From an uncultured delta proteobacterium (lineage in GTDB: Bacteria > Myxococcota_A > Polyangia > Polyangiales > Polyangiaceae), in the NCBI GenBank assembly GCA_963716725.1, contig CAVQUB010000006.1, positions 183,027-247,026 on the forward strand: a DNA stretch of 64,000 nucleotides, in the 5' to 3' direction. The notes under the pieces are model-generated. The model saw only the letters and a list, made by a program, of their open reading frames with translations. It was not told where the DNA came from and did not search any database. This document shows, piece by piece, positions 1-9,831 of this stretch. The number at the start of each line of letters is the position of its first letter. Within the stretch, counting starts at the first letter, position 1. A program made the translations under genes and the position numbers.

Positions 1-1109
1 AAGAAGATCGCCGGCGCCGGGCATCGCGCCAACGCCCGCCTCGCGGAGCTCGAGAGCCTGGCCCGCACCGCCGGGGTCGAGGTGGTCGATCGCGTCGTGC
101 AGCTGCGCGATCGCATCGATCCCAAGCTGGTGCTCGGCAAGGGCAAGCTCGAAGAGGTGGTGATGCGCGCCATTGAGCTCGACGTCGAGACCCTGATCTT
201 CGACCTGAATCTCAGCCCTGCCCAGGTCCACGGCATCAGTCGAGGAGACCGACCTCAAGGTCATCGACCGGACGCCAGCTGATCCTCGACATCTTCGCCC
301 AGCGCGCCGAGACCCGCGACGGCAAGCTCCAGGTCGAGCTCGCCCAGCTCAAGTACGCGCTGCCGCGACTGGGTCTGAAGGACGACGCTCTCAGCCGGCT
401 CACCGGCGGCATCGGCGGCCGAGGCCCCGGCGAGACCAAGCTCGAGATCGGCCGGCGCCGCGCCCGGGATCGCGTGCACCATCTCGAGCGCTCCCTGGCA
501 GAGCTGGCGAAGAAACGCGCCGAGCGCCGCCGGCGTCGCGATCAGAGCGGCGTGCCGGTGGTCGCCATCGTCGGCTACACCAACGCCGGCAAGAGCACGC
601 TGCTCAACACGCTGACCGACGCGGGCGTGCTCGCCGAAGACAAGCTCTTTGCCACCCTCGACACGCGGGCGCGTCGGCTCCACCTGCCCGATGGCCGCGA
701 GGTCGTGCTCATCGACACGGTGGGCTTCATCCGCGACATGCCCGAGGGCCTGTTCGCGGCCTTCCGCGCCACCTTCGAAGAGGCAGCCGAGGCCGATCTG
801 GTCTTGCAGGTGGTGGACGCCTCCGATCCCGAGCACGCGGAGCACGAGCGCACCACCGCCGCCCTCCTCGAAGAGCTCGATCTGTCGGGCCTGCCCCGGC
901 TCACGGTCTACAACAAGCTCGATCGCCTCGAGCCGCCCGAACGCAACGCGCTCGAGCGGCTGCCCGACTCGGCGACGATCTCGGCGCTCCGCAAGGACAC
1001 GACGCTGAGTCTGCTCCGGCGCGTCGCGGTGTTGCTCGGGTCCCGGGACGCCGAACCCCTGGGCACAGAGCCAGCCGAGCCTCTGCCACAGGAGCTGGCC
1101 GAGGCCTAG
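1..1109 (+). CDS. hflX: GTPase HflX, 5'-partial, interrupted by two single-base insertions (~241 and ~275)
   Basis: Frame 1 gives ...[14 protein letters not shown]...GKGKLEEV; frame 2 (242-274) gives [11 protein letters not shown]; frame 3 from 276 gives [11 protein letters not shown]...GPGETKLE, then G1 [22 protein letters not shown] and NKLD motifs. Confidence 0.9.
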
Positions 1110-1122
1110 GGCCGCGACCTGC

Positions 1123-1899
1123 TCAGATCTTCCCGACCGACGTCACACTGAGCTTGTTGCCGTCGAACTTGAACACGACCGTGTAGTCAGTGGGCGATGC
1201 GGTGCTCCCGTTGTTGATGACCACCGTGGTCTCGACTGCGTCGGGAAGACCGGTGACCACGTAATCTTTCGTCGGGTGGATGGTCCCCTGAGTCGTGCTC
1301 TTGAAATAGTGGTTCGGGGCTGCCTCGATCTGGCGGTTGACTTTCACGGTGTCAAAGGACCACCGAAGCCGGCGCTCAGATCCGATGCAGGAGTCGGGTC
1401 CTTCCACCGAGGCGTTGGTCGTCACGTGACAGACCGCTGTCGAGTAGCAGAGCACCGCGCCGATGGTGTTCTCCGCAATCGTATTCATCGTCAGGTATTG
1501 GGGAAGCGCGCTGCACTGCGCAGTGCAGATGTTGGCACCCATGTACGTCTTGCAGGTGACGCCGCTCGAGCCGCCGCTGCCGCCGGTCGCGCTGCCGCCG
1601 CTGCCGCCCGTCGCGGTGCCGCCGCTGCCGCCCGTCGCGGTGCCGCCGCTGCCGCCCGTCGCGCCTCCGCTGCCGCCCGTCGCGCCGCCGCTGCCGCCCG
1701 TCGCGGTGCCGCCGCTGCCGCCCGTCGCGCCGCCGCTGCCGCCCGTCGCGCTGCCGCCGCTGCCGCCCGTCGCGCTGCCGCCGCTGCCGCCCGTCGCGCC
1801 TCCGCTGCCGCCCCCGGATTTGTCGTCTTCCGCGCCGCAACCGGACGCCAGAGCGGTGCAACAGAGCATGGAAACCAAGGCGGCTGTCTTGAAGGTCAT
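1123..1899 (-). CDS. Lipoprotein with Gly/Ser/Thr-rich GGSGG(x)AT linker and Cys-containing C-terminal domain
   Basis: ATG at 1899 preceded by GGAG; lipobox LASGC; repeated GGSGG(S/T)AT. Confidence 0.8.
   Translation of the reverse strand: MTFKTAALVSMLCCTALASGCGAEDDKSGGGSGGATGGSGGSATGGSGGSATGGSGGATGGSGGTATGGSGGATGGSGGATGGSGGTATGGSGGTATGGSGGSATGGSGGSSGVTCKTYMGANICTAQCSALPQYLTMNTIAENTIGAVLCYSTAVCHVTTNASVEGPDSCIGSERRLRWSFDTVKVNRQIEAAPNHYFKSTTQGTIHPTKDYVVTGLPDAVETTVVINNGSTASPTDYTVVFKFDGNKLSVTSVGKI
1565..1815. repeat. Imperfect 21/24-bp tandem repeat encoding the GGSGG(x)AT linker
   Basis: Repeated gccgccgctgccgcccgtcgcg units. Confidence 0.85.
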
Positions 1900-2018
1900 C
1901 GTTTTCTCCTCAACCTGCAGCGTGCACGAACCCTCCACCGGCCGCGCTCTCGGCGATGGGGGACTTTTGGGGGATGCCCGCTTGAGCTGCGCCCCAACCC
2001 GCAGCATTCTTCTCACCG

Positions 2019-3899
2019 ATGGGCTCCCGAGAGCGGCTCGCATGGGTTCGCCACGCGGCGCCGATCGTGGTCTTGGTGCTCGCGGTCGTCGCGCTCGGGT
2101 TCGTGCCCCCGCGGCCGCACGGGACCATCACGCCGCTCGCGGATTGGCAATATCGACTCTCGGAGCCGGGCTCGCAGCTCGAACTCTCGGAGCCCTGGGC
2201 CAGCCCGCGCTTCGCGCCGCTGAAGCTGCCCGCGCATCCGGCTGGCTCCGGTGAAGTCCTGTGGCTGAGGACCCGCATCCCCCGGGAGCTGCCGCCGGAC
2301 GCGGTCCTCGCCATCGACGCGGTGCTCGGCGCCTTCACCGCCTACGTCGGAAGCGATCGCGTGTTCGCGTTTCCGGAACCCGACGGCGTCGCGGCACGTG
2401 GATCGGTCGGACTGCCCTGGCAGCTCATTCCCCTCCCGGCGGGCTCCGAGGGCAAGACCCTGTCGCTCTGCATCTCCGCCCACTACCGCCCCCTGGGAGT
2501 GAAGGGCACGCCGCTGTTCGGCTCCCGCGCGGATCTCATGGCGTGGACCCTCGAGCGCGACCTGCCGCGGTTGGTGGTGGGGTTCGTGGCAATCTTGCTG
2601 GGCCTGCTCGGATTCGTGTCGTTCTCGACGCGCCAGGCGTGGCGTTTGCCGTTCAGCTTCGCGGTCTGGGCGGCGGCCCTCGGCGTCTACGTGATCCACT
2701 ACACGCACTTGAAGGACTTGATCGCCGACGTGAGCGTCGTCTCGTTCTTCGCCTGGCTGCTCGCCTTGCCGGCCATGGTCGTCGGATCGCTGCTCTTTCT
2801 CGACGAGCTCTTCGTGGCCCGTTCGAGCAAAGTGTTGCGTTGGCTCCTGCGCGCGAGCCTGCTGTTCACGCCCCTCTATCTGCTCGCGCTGACGCTCGCC
2901 TGGGTCCTCACGCAATCCACGGAGCACGCGGCGCTCGGGGTCAGCGTATTTGCCCTGGCCACGAATGCCGTTCGAATCGTGATTCTGGTCTCGTCGCTCC
3001 TGGTGCTGGTCGAGGCCTCGCGTTTCGCGAGCGCTGGGGATTTGGACGCGCGGATCTTCTTGGTGGGATTCGGGTTCTTGCTCGCGTTCGCCGTCCGCGA
3101 CGTGATGGCAGCCTTCGGCACGGCCATGTTTTCGTGGCGCTCCCAGGTGCACGTCGGCGCGCTCGCTTGCGTGGTGGCCATGGCCATCTCGGTTCAGCGG
3201 CGATACGTCGCACTTCACGAGCGCGCCCGGCTTTTGGCTGAAGAAGCCGTCGCTCGCGGCAGAGAGCGAGATGCGCTGGTCCGCGACCTCCACGACGGAG
3301 TCGGCGCCATGACCAGCAACATCCGCATGCTCGCGGAGCTCGGGCAACGGAAGGCCGAACGCGCGCAGCCGGCGCTGGAGACCATCGCAGAGCTCTCCGA
3401 GAAGAGCCTCGCGGAGCTCCGAGCCTACGTGCACACGCTCGACGACGCCGAGGCGACCTGGGAGCGCCACGTCGCCGAGCTCCGGCGCTTCGGGGCGAGC
3501 TTGGTGGAAGCGCACGGTCGCGCCTTCGAGATGCAGGTCGACGTGGGCACGCAGGAGGCCCCGCCCATGCTGCTGGGCCTGCATTTGTTGCGAACCTTCA
3601 GCGAAGGCCTGACCAACGCGCTGAAGCGTTCAAACGGAAGCTACGTGAAGGTCGAGCTGAGCGTGCATCCCGACGCGCTGTCGCTGTCGATGGAGAACGA
3701 TGGGGACGGCGTCGCGGACGCGAGCCGCAGCATCGGGGGAGGTCGCGGCCTCGAGAACCTGCGCTCGCGCGCGGCGGAGCTCGGCGGTGAGTTCCGCATC
3801 GAGATCGGGAAGACCAATCGGCTGCTGCTCCGTGTGCCGTTGCCGCTCTCCAATCTTCCCGCGCTTGGCCGCGGGGCCGCGCTCAAGGGGACGGCGTGA
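2019..3899 (+). CDS. Membrane sensor histidine kinase (HisKA_3/NarX-type) with extracellular domain and about 7 TM helices
   Basis: H-box RDLHDGVG, N-box EGLTNALK, G-boxes ENDGDG and GRGLENLRSR. Confidence 0.9.
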   Translation: MGSRERLAWVRHAAPIVVLVLAVVALGFVPPRPHGTITPLADWQYRLSEPGSQLELSEPWASPRFAPLKLPAHPAGSGEVLWLRTRIPRELPPDAVLAIDAVLGAFTAYVGSDRVFAFPEPDGVAARGSVGLPWQLIPLPAGSEGKTLSLCISAHYRPLGVKGTPLFGSRADLMAWTLERDLPRLVVGFVAILLGLLGFVSFSTRQAWRLPFSFAVWAAALGVYVIHYTHLKDLIADVSVVSFFAWLLALPAMVVGSLLFLDELFVARSSKVLRWLLRASLLFTPLYLLALTLAWVLTQSTEHAALGVSVFALATNAVRIVILVSSLLVLVEASRFASAGDLDARIFLVGFGFLLAFAVRDVMAAFGTAMFSWRSQVHVGALACVVAMAISVQRRYVALHERARLLAEEAVARGRERDALVRDLHDGVGAMTSNIRMLAELGQRKAERAQPALETIAELSEKSLAELRAYVHTLDDAEATWERHVAELRRFGASLVEAHGRAFEMQVDVGTQEAPPMLLGLHLLRTFSEGLTNALKRSNGSYVKVELSVHPDALSLSMENDGDGVADASRSIGGGRGLENLRSRAAELGGEFRIEIGKTNRLLLRVPLPLSNLPALGRGAALKGTA

Positions 3900-6564
3900 G
3901 GGGCTGCCCCACCGCCGGCCACACGGAGCCATCGTAGTTGTAGGGGGGGTTGATCCCGTAGTCTCCAGTGTGCCGAAACGCCGTCAGTCGGTAGGGCGCC
4001 TTGGAGGCAACCTCGCTGGCCGGAAGCACCAGGGTGATGGAGTTGCCTGCAATGATGACGCGGGCAGCGCTGGTCGCAGGCTGGATGTTCCCGTTCAGGG
4101 CCGTCGACGTCTTCAGAGCCCACCCCGATGACGGGGCGTAGTTGGCCTCGTACCAGCGGTCCGTGTTCTTGAACAGGTCGTCGGCGTATTGCGCGTTCGC
4201 CTGGTAGTTGTTGCCGGGGGTGTTGTCCGCGTCGAACACGAAGCCGTACTGGTAGCGGTTCAGGGCGTCCGCGATGGGGATGGTCGCGTCGAGAGCCTTG
4301 CTGATCACGAGGATGTCGCCAGCCGGGACCGGCGGAGCGCCCGGTGCGCAGAGCGTTGTGCCGTTCGGACCGGCGCCGCAGGGGAACGCTCCCCCGCTAC
4401 CGAATACGACGTCGAGCTGGGTGGCGGTGAACGTTTGGCGCAGGGAAGTCCGGCCGTAGAGCGTCGTGTGGTCGTGGGCGACGGGCTTCGCGGCAATGGT
4501 GGCCTTCGAATGTTTGAACAGCTTCTCCTGGAACAGGAACCACGCCGCACACTGGGTGGCCTTCGACCAGCCACCCAGCATGCTGCCAATCAGCAGCACC
4601 GCCGCGGTCTTCGGGTCGGATTCGCAGGCGACGCCTCCATCGGGGCCGCCCTCGCTCCCGGCGTCGAGGCCGCCGTCGCCGCAGTCGCCGACAGTGACTT
4701 GAGCCGTGCCGCCGTAGGCGAAGGGATGTGCAAAGACGCGGAACGAGTAGGTCGTCGTGCCGGGGCTGGCCCCGCGAAGTCGGAGGTTCGCCTTCTGATT
4801 GGCGTTGTCGAAGATGAGCGTGTTCCACCCGTCGGCATCCTCGGAGCCCGACGCGACGACGGCGATGGCCTTGTCGAGAGTGTTCGCCTTGCCGGTCATC
4901 AGCTTGGTGATCGGCGTCGCCCCCGGCCAACTGACCGGCACGACCACCTCGTCGCCGGGACAAGGGATGCTCACGGCATCCAGTGGGACCTGCTTTGGAA
5001 CCGGGTCGAGACAGACGATTTGGGGCTTCGGATCGACCACGTCGCTGTCGTCTTGCACGATGGTCCACTCCCCGGCCTCTTTGAGGCTGACCGCTCCGCT
5101 CTTGTCGGTGTCCGCCGTCGTGTCGCGCCAACACTCACGCAGCGCTGCGCTGAAGTACGAGCTCATGTTGACCTCGCCCTCGTAGTTCAGGCCTGCGCCG
5201 GACTCGCTGGCGTCGTCGGCGGCCGTGATGGCAGTTCCCGTGAGTCCTTCACCTTGGAAAGCGGAAATCAGTGCGCCCGAGTAGCAGGCGTCGATGATGG
5301 GGTTGACCTCGATGTCGGTGCCCGCGAAGCGACTCGTGACCATCTCTCCAAGCGTCTCCAGGAGCAGCGTGGTCTTGCCGCCCGTGCCGTCAGAGATCTT
5401 GTCGAGACCGCTGATTCCACCGTGGGAGGTCAGGTAGAAATAGATGGTCTGACAGCCGTCGGCCTTCGCCGCGTCGAGCAGCGCGGCGATTTGGCTCGGC
5501 GTCGGTGGCGTCAGGAGACCCTGCGCCGTGCGCTGGGCGAAGACCTTGATGCTGCGCTGCTTGAAGAAGGCCTCCATCAGCTCGGCGTCCCGGCGCAAGA
5601 ATCTGTCGGGCAGCCCGTAGACGATCACGGCGCAGGCCTTGCCGCCCGGGCTCGGCTTGGTGTTCTGCGCGTGAGAACCCGGGCTCAGGCTCTGGGAGGA
5701 GGCCGTGCTCGATGCGGCCTCGGCGCTCGCGCCGAAGTCGTGGGTGCGCCAGGCGGAGATGAGGGCGGTGGTGGGCGCACCAGCGGACAGAGCGAGCTCG
5801 GGCCAGTAGCGCGCGCTGACTTCCTCCGGGAGCGCGCCGGCTTGGGTGGCGTCCACCAAGATCATGCGCGTGGCATGCTCGTACTTGCTCTGCGGTGCTT
5901 CGTCGACCCAGGCGAACCAAGAGTCCTTCTGGACCGAGAGCGTCGAGGTCGGAGTGCCCGCAGAGTTGTCGGCCGTGACGCTGGCACCTGCCGGCAAGAG
6001 CACCGGCCCGTGCAAGAGCTTCCCGCTGCCGGAGGGCGCGTGCTTGGCCTCGAGCTGGCAACGAAGCGATTCGCCGCTCACCATCGGCTTCGTCGTCGTC
6101 AAGCTGATACCGAAGCTCGCCGCGGCGGCAGACTGCTCGAGCAGGGCATCTACCAGGAATACGCCCGCGCTTCCGGTCACGCCCAAGCGCGCGGTCGCGA
6201 CGCCCTGCGCGTTGGTGCTCACCCGAGCCGTCGCCGCGCCGTACTTCGAGGGCACCTCGAAGCTGCCTCCCGGCGAGCTCTCCGGGGCGACGAACAACAC
6301 CACCGCTCCCACGAGCGGCGCCCCGGCGGCGTCCCGGGCGGTCACCGTGAGCTCGGTGATCTCGCCGTCACCGAGCAGCCGCGTCGCCGCACACTCGGGG
6401 ATCTCGAGGGTCGCGCCGGCGGGGGGCTTCGGAGCGGACTTCTTGGCCGTGCCCGAGTCGCCGGAGCAGGCCACGAGGATCGCGCCAGCAGCGGCCAGGC
6501 ACAGCAGGCATACGAACAGCAAGTCGACCCGACGACGCCGAAGGAGGGCGGCCAATTGCTTCAT
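3883..6564 (-). CDS. Large lipoprotein: Big-1/invasin-like Ig domain plus caspase/legumain-fold (clan CD) peptidase domain
   Basis: Lipobox LVAC; TVTARDAAGAPLVGAVVLF...TNAQGVAT; dyad FYLTSHGG and IIDACYSG; EF-hand-like DTDKSGAVSLKE. Confidence 0.7.
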   Translation of the reverse strand: MKQLAALLRRRRVDLLFVCLLCLAAAGAILVACSGDSGTAKKSAPKPPAGATLEIPECAATRLLGDGEITELTVTARDAAGAPLVGAVVLFVAPESSPGGSFEVPSKYGAATARVSTNAQGVATARLGVTGSAGVFLVDALLEQSAAAASFGISLTTTKPMVSGESLRCQLEAKHAPSGSGKLLHGPVLLPAGASVTADNSAGTPTSTLSVQKDSWFAWVDEAPQSKYEHATRMILVDATQAGALPEEVSARYWPELALSAGAPTTALISAWRTHDFGASAEAASSTASSQSLSPGSHAQNTKPSPGGKACAVIVYGLPDRFLRRDAELMEAFFKQRSIKVFAQRTAQGLLTPPTPSQIAALLDAAKADGCQTIYFYLTSHGGISGLDKISDGTGGKTTLLLETLGEMVTSRFAGTDIEVNPIIDACYSGALISAFQGEGLTGTAITAADDASESGAGLNYEGEVNMSSYFSAALRECWRDTTADTDKSGAVSLKEAGEWTIVQDDSDVVDPKPQIVCLDPVPKQVPLDAVSIPCPGDEVVVPVSWPGATPITKLMTGKANTLDKAIAVVASGSEDADGWNTLIFDNANQKANLRLRGASPGTTTYSFRVFAHPFAYGGTAQVTVGDCGDGGLDAGSEGGPDGGVACESDPKTAAVLLIGSMLGGWSKATQCAAWFLFQEKLFKHSKATIAAKPVAHDHTTLYGRTSLRQTFTATQLDVVFGSGGAFPCGAGPNGTTLCAPGAPPVPAGDILVISKALDATIPIADALNRYQYGFVFDADNTPGNNYQANAQYADDLFKNTDRWYEANYAPSSGWALKTSTALNGNIQPATSAARVIIAGNSITLVLPASEVASKAPYRLTAFRHTGDYGINPPYNYDGSVWPAVGQPLTPSP

Positions 6565-6677
6565 GCCACGATTGTCGGCGAACGCCGCCAGCCTCGCCAG
6601 GGAGCTGGTTGGGGGTTTTTGGGGGAGGTTGCCCAGGGCCGTGGTGTCCGCCGCGAGCGACGGCTAGATTACTCGTC

Positions 6678-7325
6678 GTGCCCCTTGCCTCAGCCCACCG
6701 CGAGCGCGCGCTCCGCGTCTTCGTCGTCGACGACGACGATCTGACGCGGGAGTTCCTCGCGGAAGTGCTGGCGCAGGAGCCGGGTTTCGAGCTGGCGGGA
6801 TCCGCAGCCAGCCTGGCAGAAGCGTTGTCCGCCATCGACGCGACGGTCGACGTGGCCATCGTGGACCTCGGCCTCGGCGCTGATTCCGGCGTCGACCTGA
6901 TCGCCGCGCTCAAGCACCACTTCCCCGCCATGAACGTGATGGCTCACACGGTGTTCGACGACCGCGACAACGTATTTCAGGCCCTGAAGGCCGGTGCTTC
7001 GAGCTACGTGCTCAAAGGGGCCCGAGCGAGCGAGCTCGTCCGCGCGGTCAGCGAGCTGAGCCACGGAGGCTCACCGATGAGCCCAAAGATCGCGCGCCTG
7101 GTGATCCAGCACCTGCAGAGCGTCGCGGACCCGGATCCAGCGACACCACGAGAGCGGCAGATCCTGAGGCTCATCGATCGTGGCCTCACCTACAAGGAAA
7201 TCGCCGCTGAGTTCAACATCAGCGCCCACACGGTGCACAGCCACATCAAGAACGTGTACGAGCGCCTGCAGGCCACCAGCAGGCGCGACGCCCTGGCGCG
7301 GGCCCGGGTGCGTGGGCTGCTCTGA
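6678..7325 (+). CDS. NarL/FixJ-family response regulator (REC + LuxR HTH)
   Basis: VFVVDDD, VAIVDLGL, YVLK, TPRERQIL...GLTYKEIA...TVHSHIKNVYERL; start codon uncertain. Confidence 0.92.
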   Translation: MPLASAHRERALRVFVVDDDDLTREFLAEVLAQEPGFELAGSAASLAEALSAIDATVDVAIVDLGLGADSGVDLIAALKHHFPAMNVMAHTVFDDRDNVFQALKAGASSYVLKGARASELVRAVSELSHGGSPMSPKIARLVIQHLQSVADPDPATPRERQILRLIDRGLTYKEIAAEFNISAHTVHSHIKNVYERLQATSRRDALARARVRGLL

Positions 7326-7387
7326 GCCGAACGAGCCCACCCAAAAAAAGCCGCAACCAGACCCGGGCCGCGCCCGAATGGGGCCTC

Positions 7388-7864
7388 ATGCGCACGCCGG
7401 CTTGGGTCTATTTCGCCCTCTGCCTGTCGCCGATCGCCTGCGGGGGCGGCGGCATGTCCCGGGCTCGACACGCCGCCGACGAGGGCCGGCACCCCGACGC
7501 GGTCTACGAGCTTCGAGGCATGGAAGCCGAGGTGACGGACCTGTCGACCGCCGAGCACGCGCGCTACTCGCTCCTGCGCGGGCTGTCGCATCTCGCCTGC
7601 GGCGATCTGATTTCAGCGGCGACCTGGCTGGCTCGGGCGCGTTCCGCCGTCGCTCACGAGCCCGAGCTGCTCAGCGTCACCGATCGCGGACGCCTCGACG
7701 CCGCCTGGCGCAGCATGGGGCTCATGCCCGGGGAGTCGGCGCGAATCACTTCAGGGCTTCCGGCAGCCGTGCCAGAGCACTCCGAACCGCCGCACGCATC
7801 GCGCTCCGCTCGACCGACTTCACCTGACTCGGACGATCCGTCGCCTGGGCCCGACCCTGAATGA
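7388..7864 (+). CDS. Hypothetical lipoprotein with a TPR-like helix pair
   Basis: Signal peptide ending PIAC; 3' end overlaps the convergent gene. Confidence 0.6.
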   Translation: MRTPAWVYFALCLSPIACGGGGMSRARHAADEGRHPDAVYELRGMEAEVTDLSTAEHARYSLLRGLSHLACGDLISAATWLARARSAVAHEPELLSVTDRGRLDAAWRSMGLMPGESARITSGLPAAVPEHSEPPHASRSARPTSPDSDDPSPGPDPE

Positions 7865-8204
7865 TTGCGTGAATGCTCCCGCCGCGAGCGCGGCGCAGGG
7901 TCGCGCTGACCACCGCGACGGTCTCGGCCTGACCCGAGCTCTCGCGGGTTGCCATCTGCACCAGGGCCGCCGAGAGCACGAAACGATCCTGGGCCTTCAC
8001 TTTTGACAGGTCGACCTCGCCAAGCTCGTGCTCGACGAGCCCGCGGAACGCTCGCTCGAGGGTCGGATCGCTCCGCGCGACCTTCACCTCGCCCAGGGCG
8101 ACGGGCGAAGATCCCGCGTCGGCCTGAGCGGCGAAGCCCGCAACCGCCGCCACCCCGACCAGTAGGGCAAAGAGTCGCCTCCTGCTTTCTAGAAGCACGC
8201 GCAT
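7746..8204 (-). CDS. Hypothetical secreted protein
   Basis: N-terminal signal (RRRLFALLVGVAAVAGFAAQADA). Confidence 0.6.
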   Translation of the reverse strand: MRVLLESRRRLFALLVGVAAVAGFAAQADAGSSPVALGEVKVARSDPTLERAFRGLVEHELGEVDLSKVKAQDRFVLSAALVQMATRESSGQAETVAVVSATLRRARGGSIHAIIQGRAQATDRPSQVKSVERSAMRAAVRSALARLPEALK

Positions 8205-8349
8205 GATCGTCTCCTCGGAGCCCGCAACGGGCGGCTCCCAGTGGAATTGGCTGCGAGCCTCGGAGGAAGTGACACCACGAGACGCCGCAGCTTGTACGAT
8301 CGCTCTACCAGGGGCCGCGGCAACCGGCCAAATTCGAGGTCAGCCCAAA

Positions 8350-8814
8350 CTAGCGCGCCGGCTCGATCCGATCCGCGTTGACCGTCTCGTCCCAGGCGGT
8401 CTCGTAACCCTCGTAGTGCACCAGGTAACGATCGGGTCCGGCGACGGCCACGATGGTCGCGATGTACTTCGACTCGCGCCACTTCACGCGCACGCGATCA
8501 CCCGGCTTGTAGGGGGACGCGCCGGACGCAGGACCCGAGCCTTTGGGCGCGACCCCGCTGGCGCGCGCGACCTTCTCGGGCGGCGGCGGCGGGGCGACCG
8601 GACTGCTGATCCGCCCCTTGATGCGATCGAGGATCACGTCCTCGTCCCAGCGCGCGTCGAAGCCGTCGAAGTGAACACGAAACCGCGCCGCGCCCTTCTT
8701 CTCGACGATGTACGCGGGGTAGTCCCGGCCCTCCCACTCGACCCACACGTACTCCCCGACTCGGTAAGGCTCCGTGCAGGCAGTGAGCAGGAGCGCGAGT
8801 ACGAGCCAACGCAT
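8350..8814 (-). CDS. Lipoprotein with two Tudor/Agenet (Tudor-knot-like) domains
   Basis: Lipobox LTAC; YRVGEYVWVEW...FRVHFDGFDARWDEDV and YKPGDRVRVKW...YLVHYEGYETAWDETV. Confidence 0.8.
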   Translation of the reverse strand: MRWLVLALLLTACTEPYRVGEYVWVEWEGRDYPAYIVEKKGAARFRVHFDGFDARWDEDVILDRIKGRISSPVAPPPPPEKVARASGVAPKGSGPASGASPYKPGDRVRVKWRESKYIATIVAVAGPDRYLVHYEGYETAWDETVNADRIEPAR

Positions 8815-8823
8815 TTCGAAGCT

Positions 8824-9831
8824 TCAGTATGAAGTGCTGGTCGAGAACGCCTTGGCGTGCGGCGCAGGGCCGTCGACGATCACGACCAGCTTGCGATTGT
8901 TCCAGTAGAACGACTCCGGATCGCTCCCGGTCACGCTGACGATGGTACCAATGACCCTGTTTTCGTTGTTGGTCAGATCGCCACTCGACACCTTCTGTCC
9001 GGGCTTCAGGCCAGAAACGGCGGCCCCCATCACGTTCCGAATACGCTCCGCGGCGACGACCTCACTCGGGTACACCAGGAGCACGTGCCGGATTTGGGTG
9101 CCGCCCGGCGACACGTAGATCGCGCCGATGCTGTCGACCACGCCCGGAGGCACCTTTTCGAGGGGCGTGGTACCGACCAACCGATACTGGCCGACGTTCG
9201 GTCGAACGATGGAACGTATCGACCCGCTGCTGGGCACACCGCTGCTGGGCCCGGACGAGCTGCCACCGCTCGACGAGCCTCCCATCACGACGAGCACGAT
9301 GATGAGCCCGATGCCCATCAGCACCGCGAAGCCCGCACCCAGGCAGCCCGCGACTCCACATCCACCCAGGACCTTGAGACCACCGCCTTCGTCCGCGGCA
9401 GCCGCGGCCGGCAACGCACCGGGATCGGGCGACGCGCCGTAGGGCGGAGCACCTGGAGGCGGCCCGTATGCGGGCGCACCCGGAGGCGCGTAACCCTGAG
9501 GCGCACCTGGAGGCGCACCCGGTGGCGCGTAGCCCTGAGGCGCACCCGGTGGCGCGTAGCCCTGAGGCGCACCCGGTGGCGCGTAGCCCTGAGGCGCACC
9601 CGGTGGCGCGTAGCCCTGAGGCGCACCCGGTGGCGCGTAGCCCTGAGGCGCACCCGGTGGCGCGTAGCCCTGAGGCGCACCCGGTGGCGCGTAGCCCTGA
9701 GGCGCACCCGCGAAGGGGCGCGGCCCCTGCGCTCCGCCGGGCGGTGCCGGCGCGGCCACCGTGTGCCCACAGTTGGCGCAGAAGCGTGCCCCCGCGTCGA
9801 GCGGCGTCCGGCATTGCGGGCAGAAGTTCAC
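8824..9831 (-). CDS. Zinc-ribbon, Pro/Gly-rich single-pass membrane protein
   Basis: CPQC...CANC; GAPQGYAPP repeats; TM helix; C-terminal extracytoplasmic domain. Confidence 0.8.
   Translation of the reverse strand: MNFCPQCRTPLDAGARFCANCGHTVAAPAPPGGAQGPRPFAGAPQGYAPPGAPQGYAPPGAPQGYAPPGAPQGYAPPGAPQGYAPPGAPQGYAPPGAPQGYAPPGAPPGAPQGYAPPGAPAYGPPPGAPPYGASPDPGALPAAAAADEGGGLKVLGGCGVAGCLGAGFAVLMGIGLIIVLVVMGGSSSGGSSSGPSSGVPSSGSIRSIVRPNVGQYRLVGTTPLEKVPPGVVDSIGAIYVSPGGTQIRHVLLVYPSEVVAAERIRNVMGAAVSGLKPGQKVSSGDLTNNENRVIGTIVSVTGSDPESFYWNNRKLVVIVDGPAPHAKAFSTSTSY
9510..9710. repeat. Perfect 27-bp tandem repeat, 7 copies plus a partial copy
   Basis: Unit gaggcgcacccggtggcgcgtagccct, encoding GAPQGYAPP on the minus strand. 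Confidence 0.95.

Noticed and set aside
1565..1815. GC-rich repeat array as a non-coding element
   Set aside because: It encodes the Gly/Ser linker of a lipoprotein
4189..6744. Long antisense or alternative-frame ORFs (also 11872-13647, 46745-48673, 57086-59242 and others)
   Set aside because: Shadow ORFs typical of high-GC codon bias, lying opposite genes with clear motifs
9510..9710. Regular repeats as a possible CRISPR array
   Set aside because: Head-to-tail units with no spacers, in frame within a CDS; no cas operon in the window
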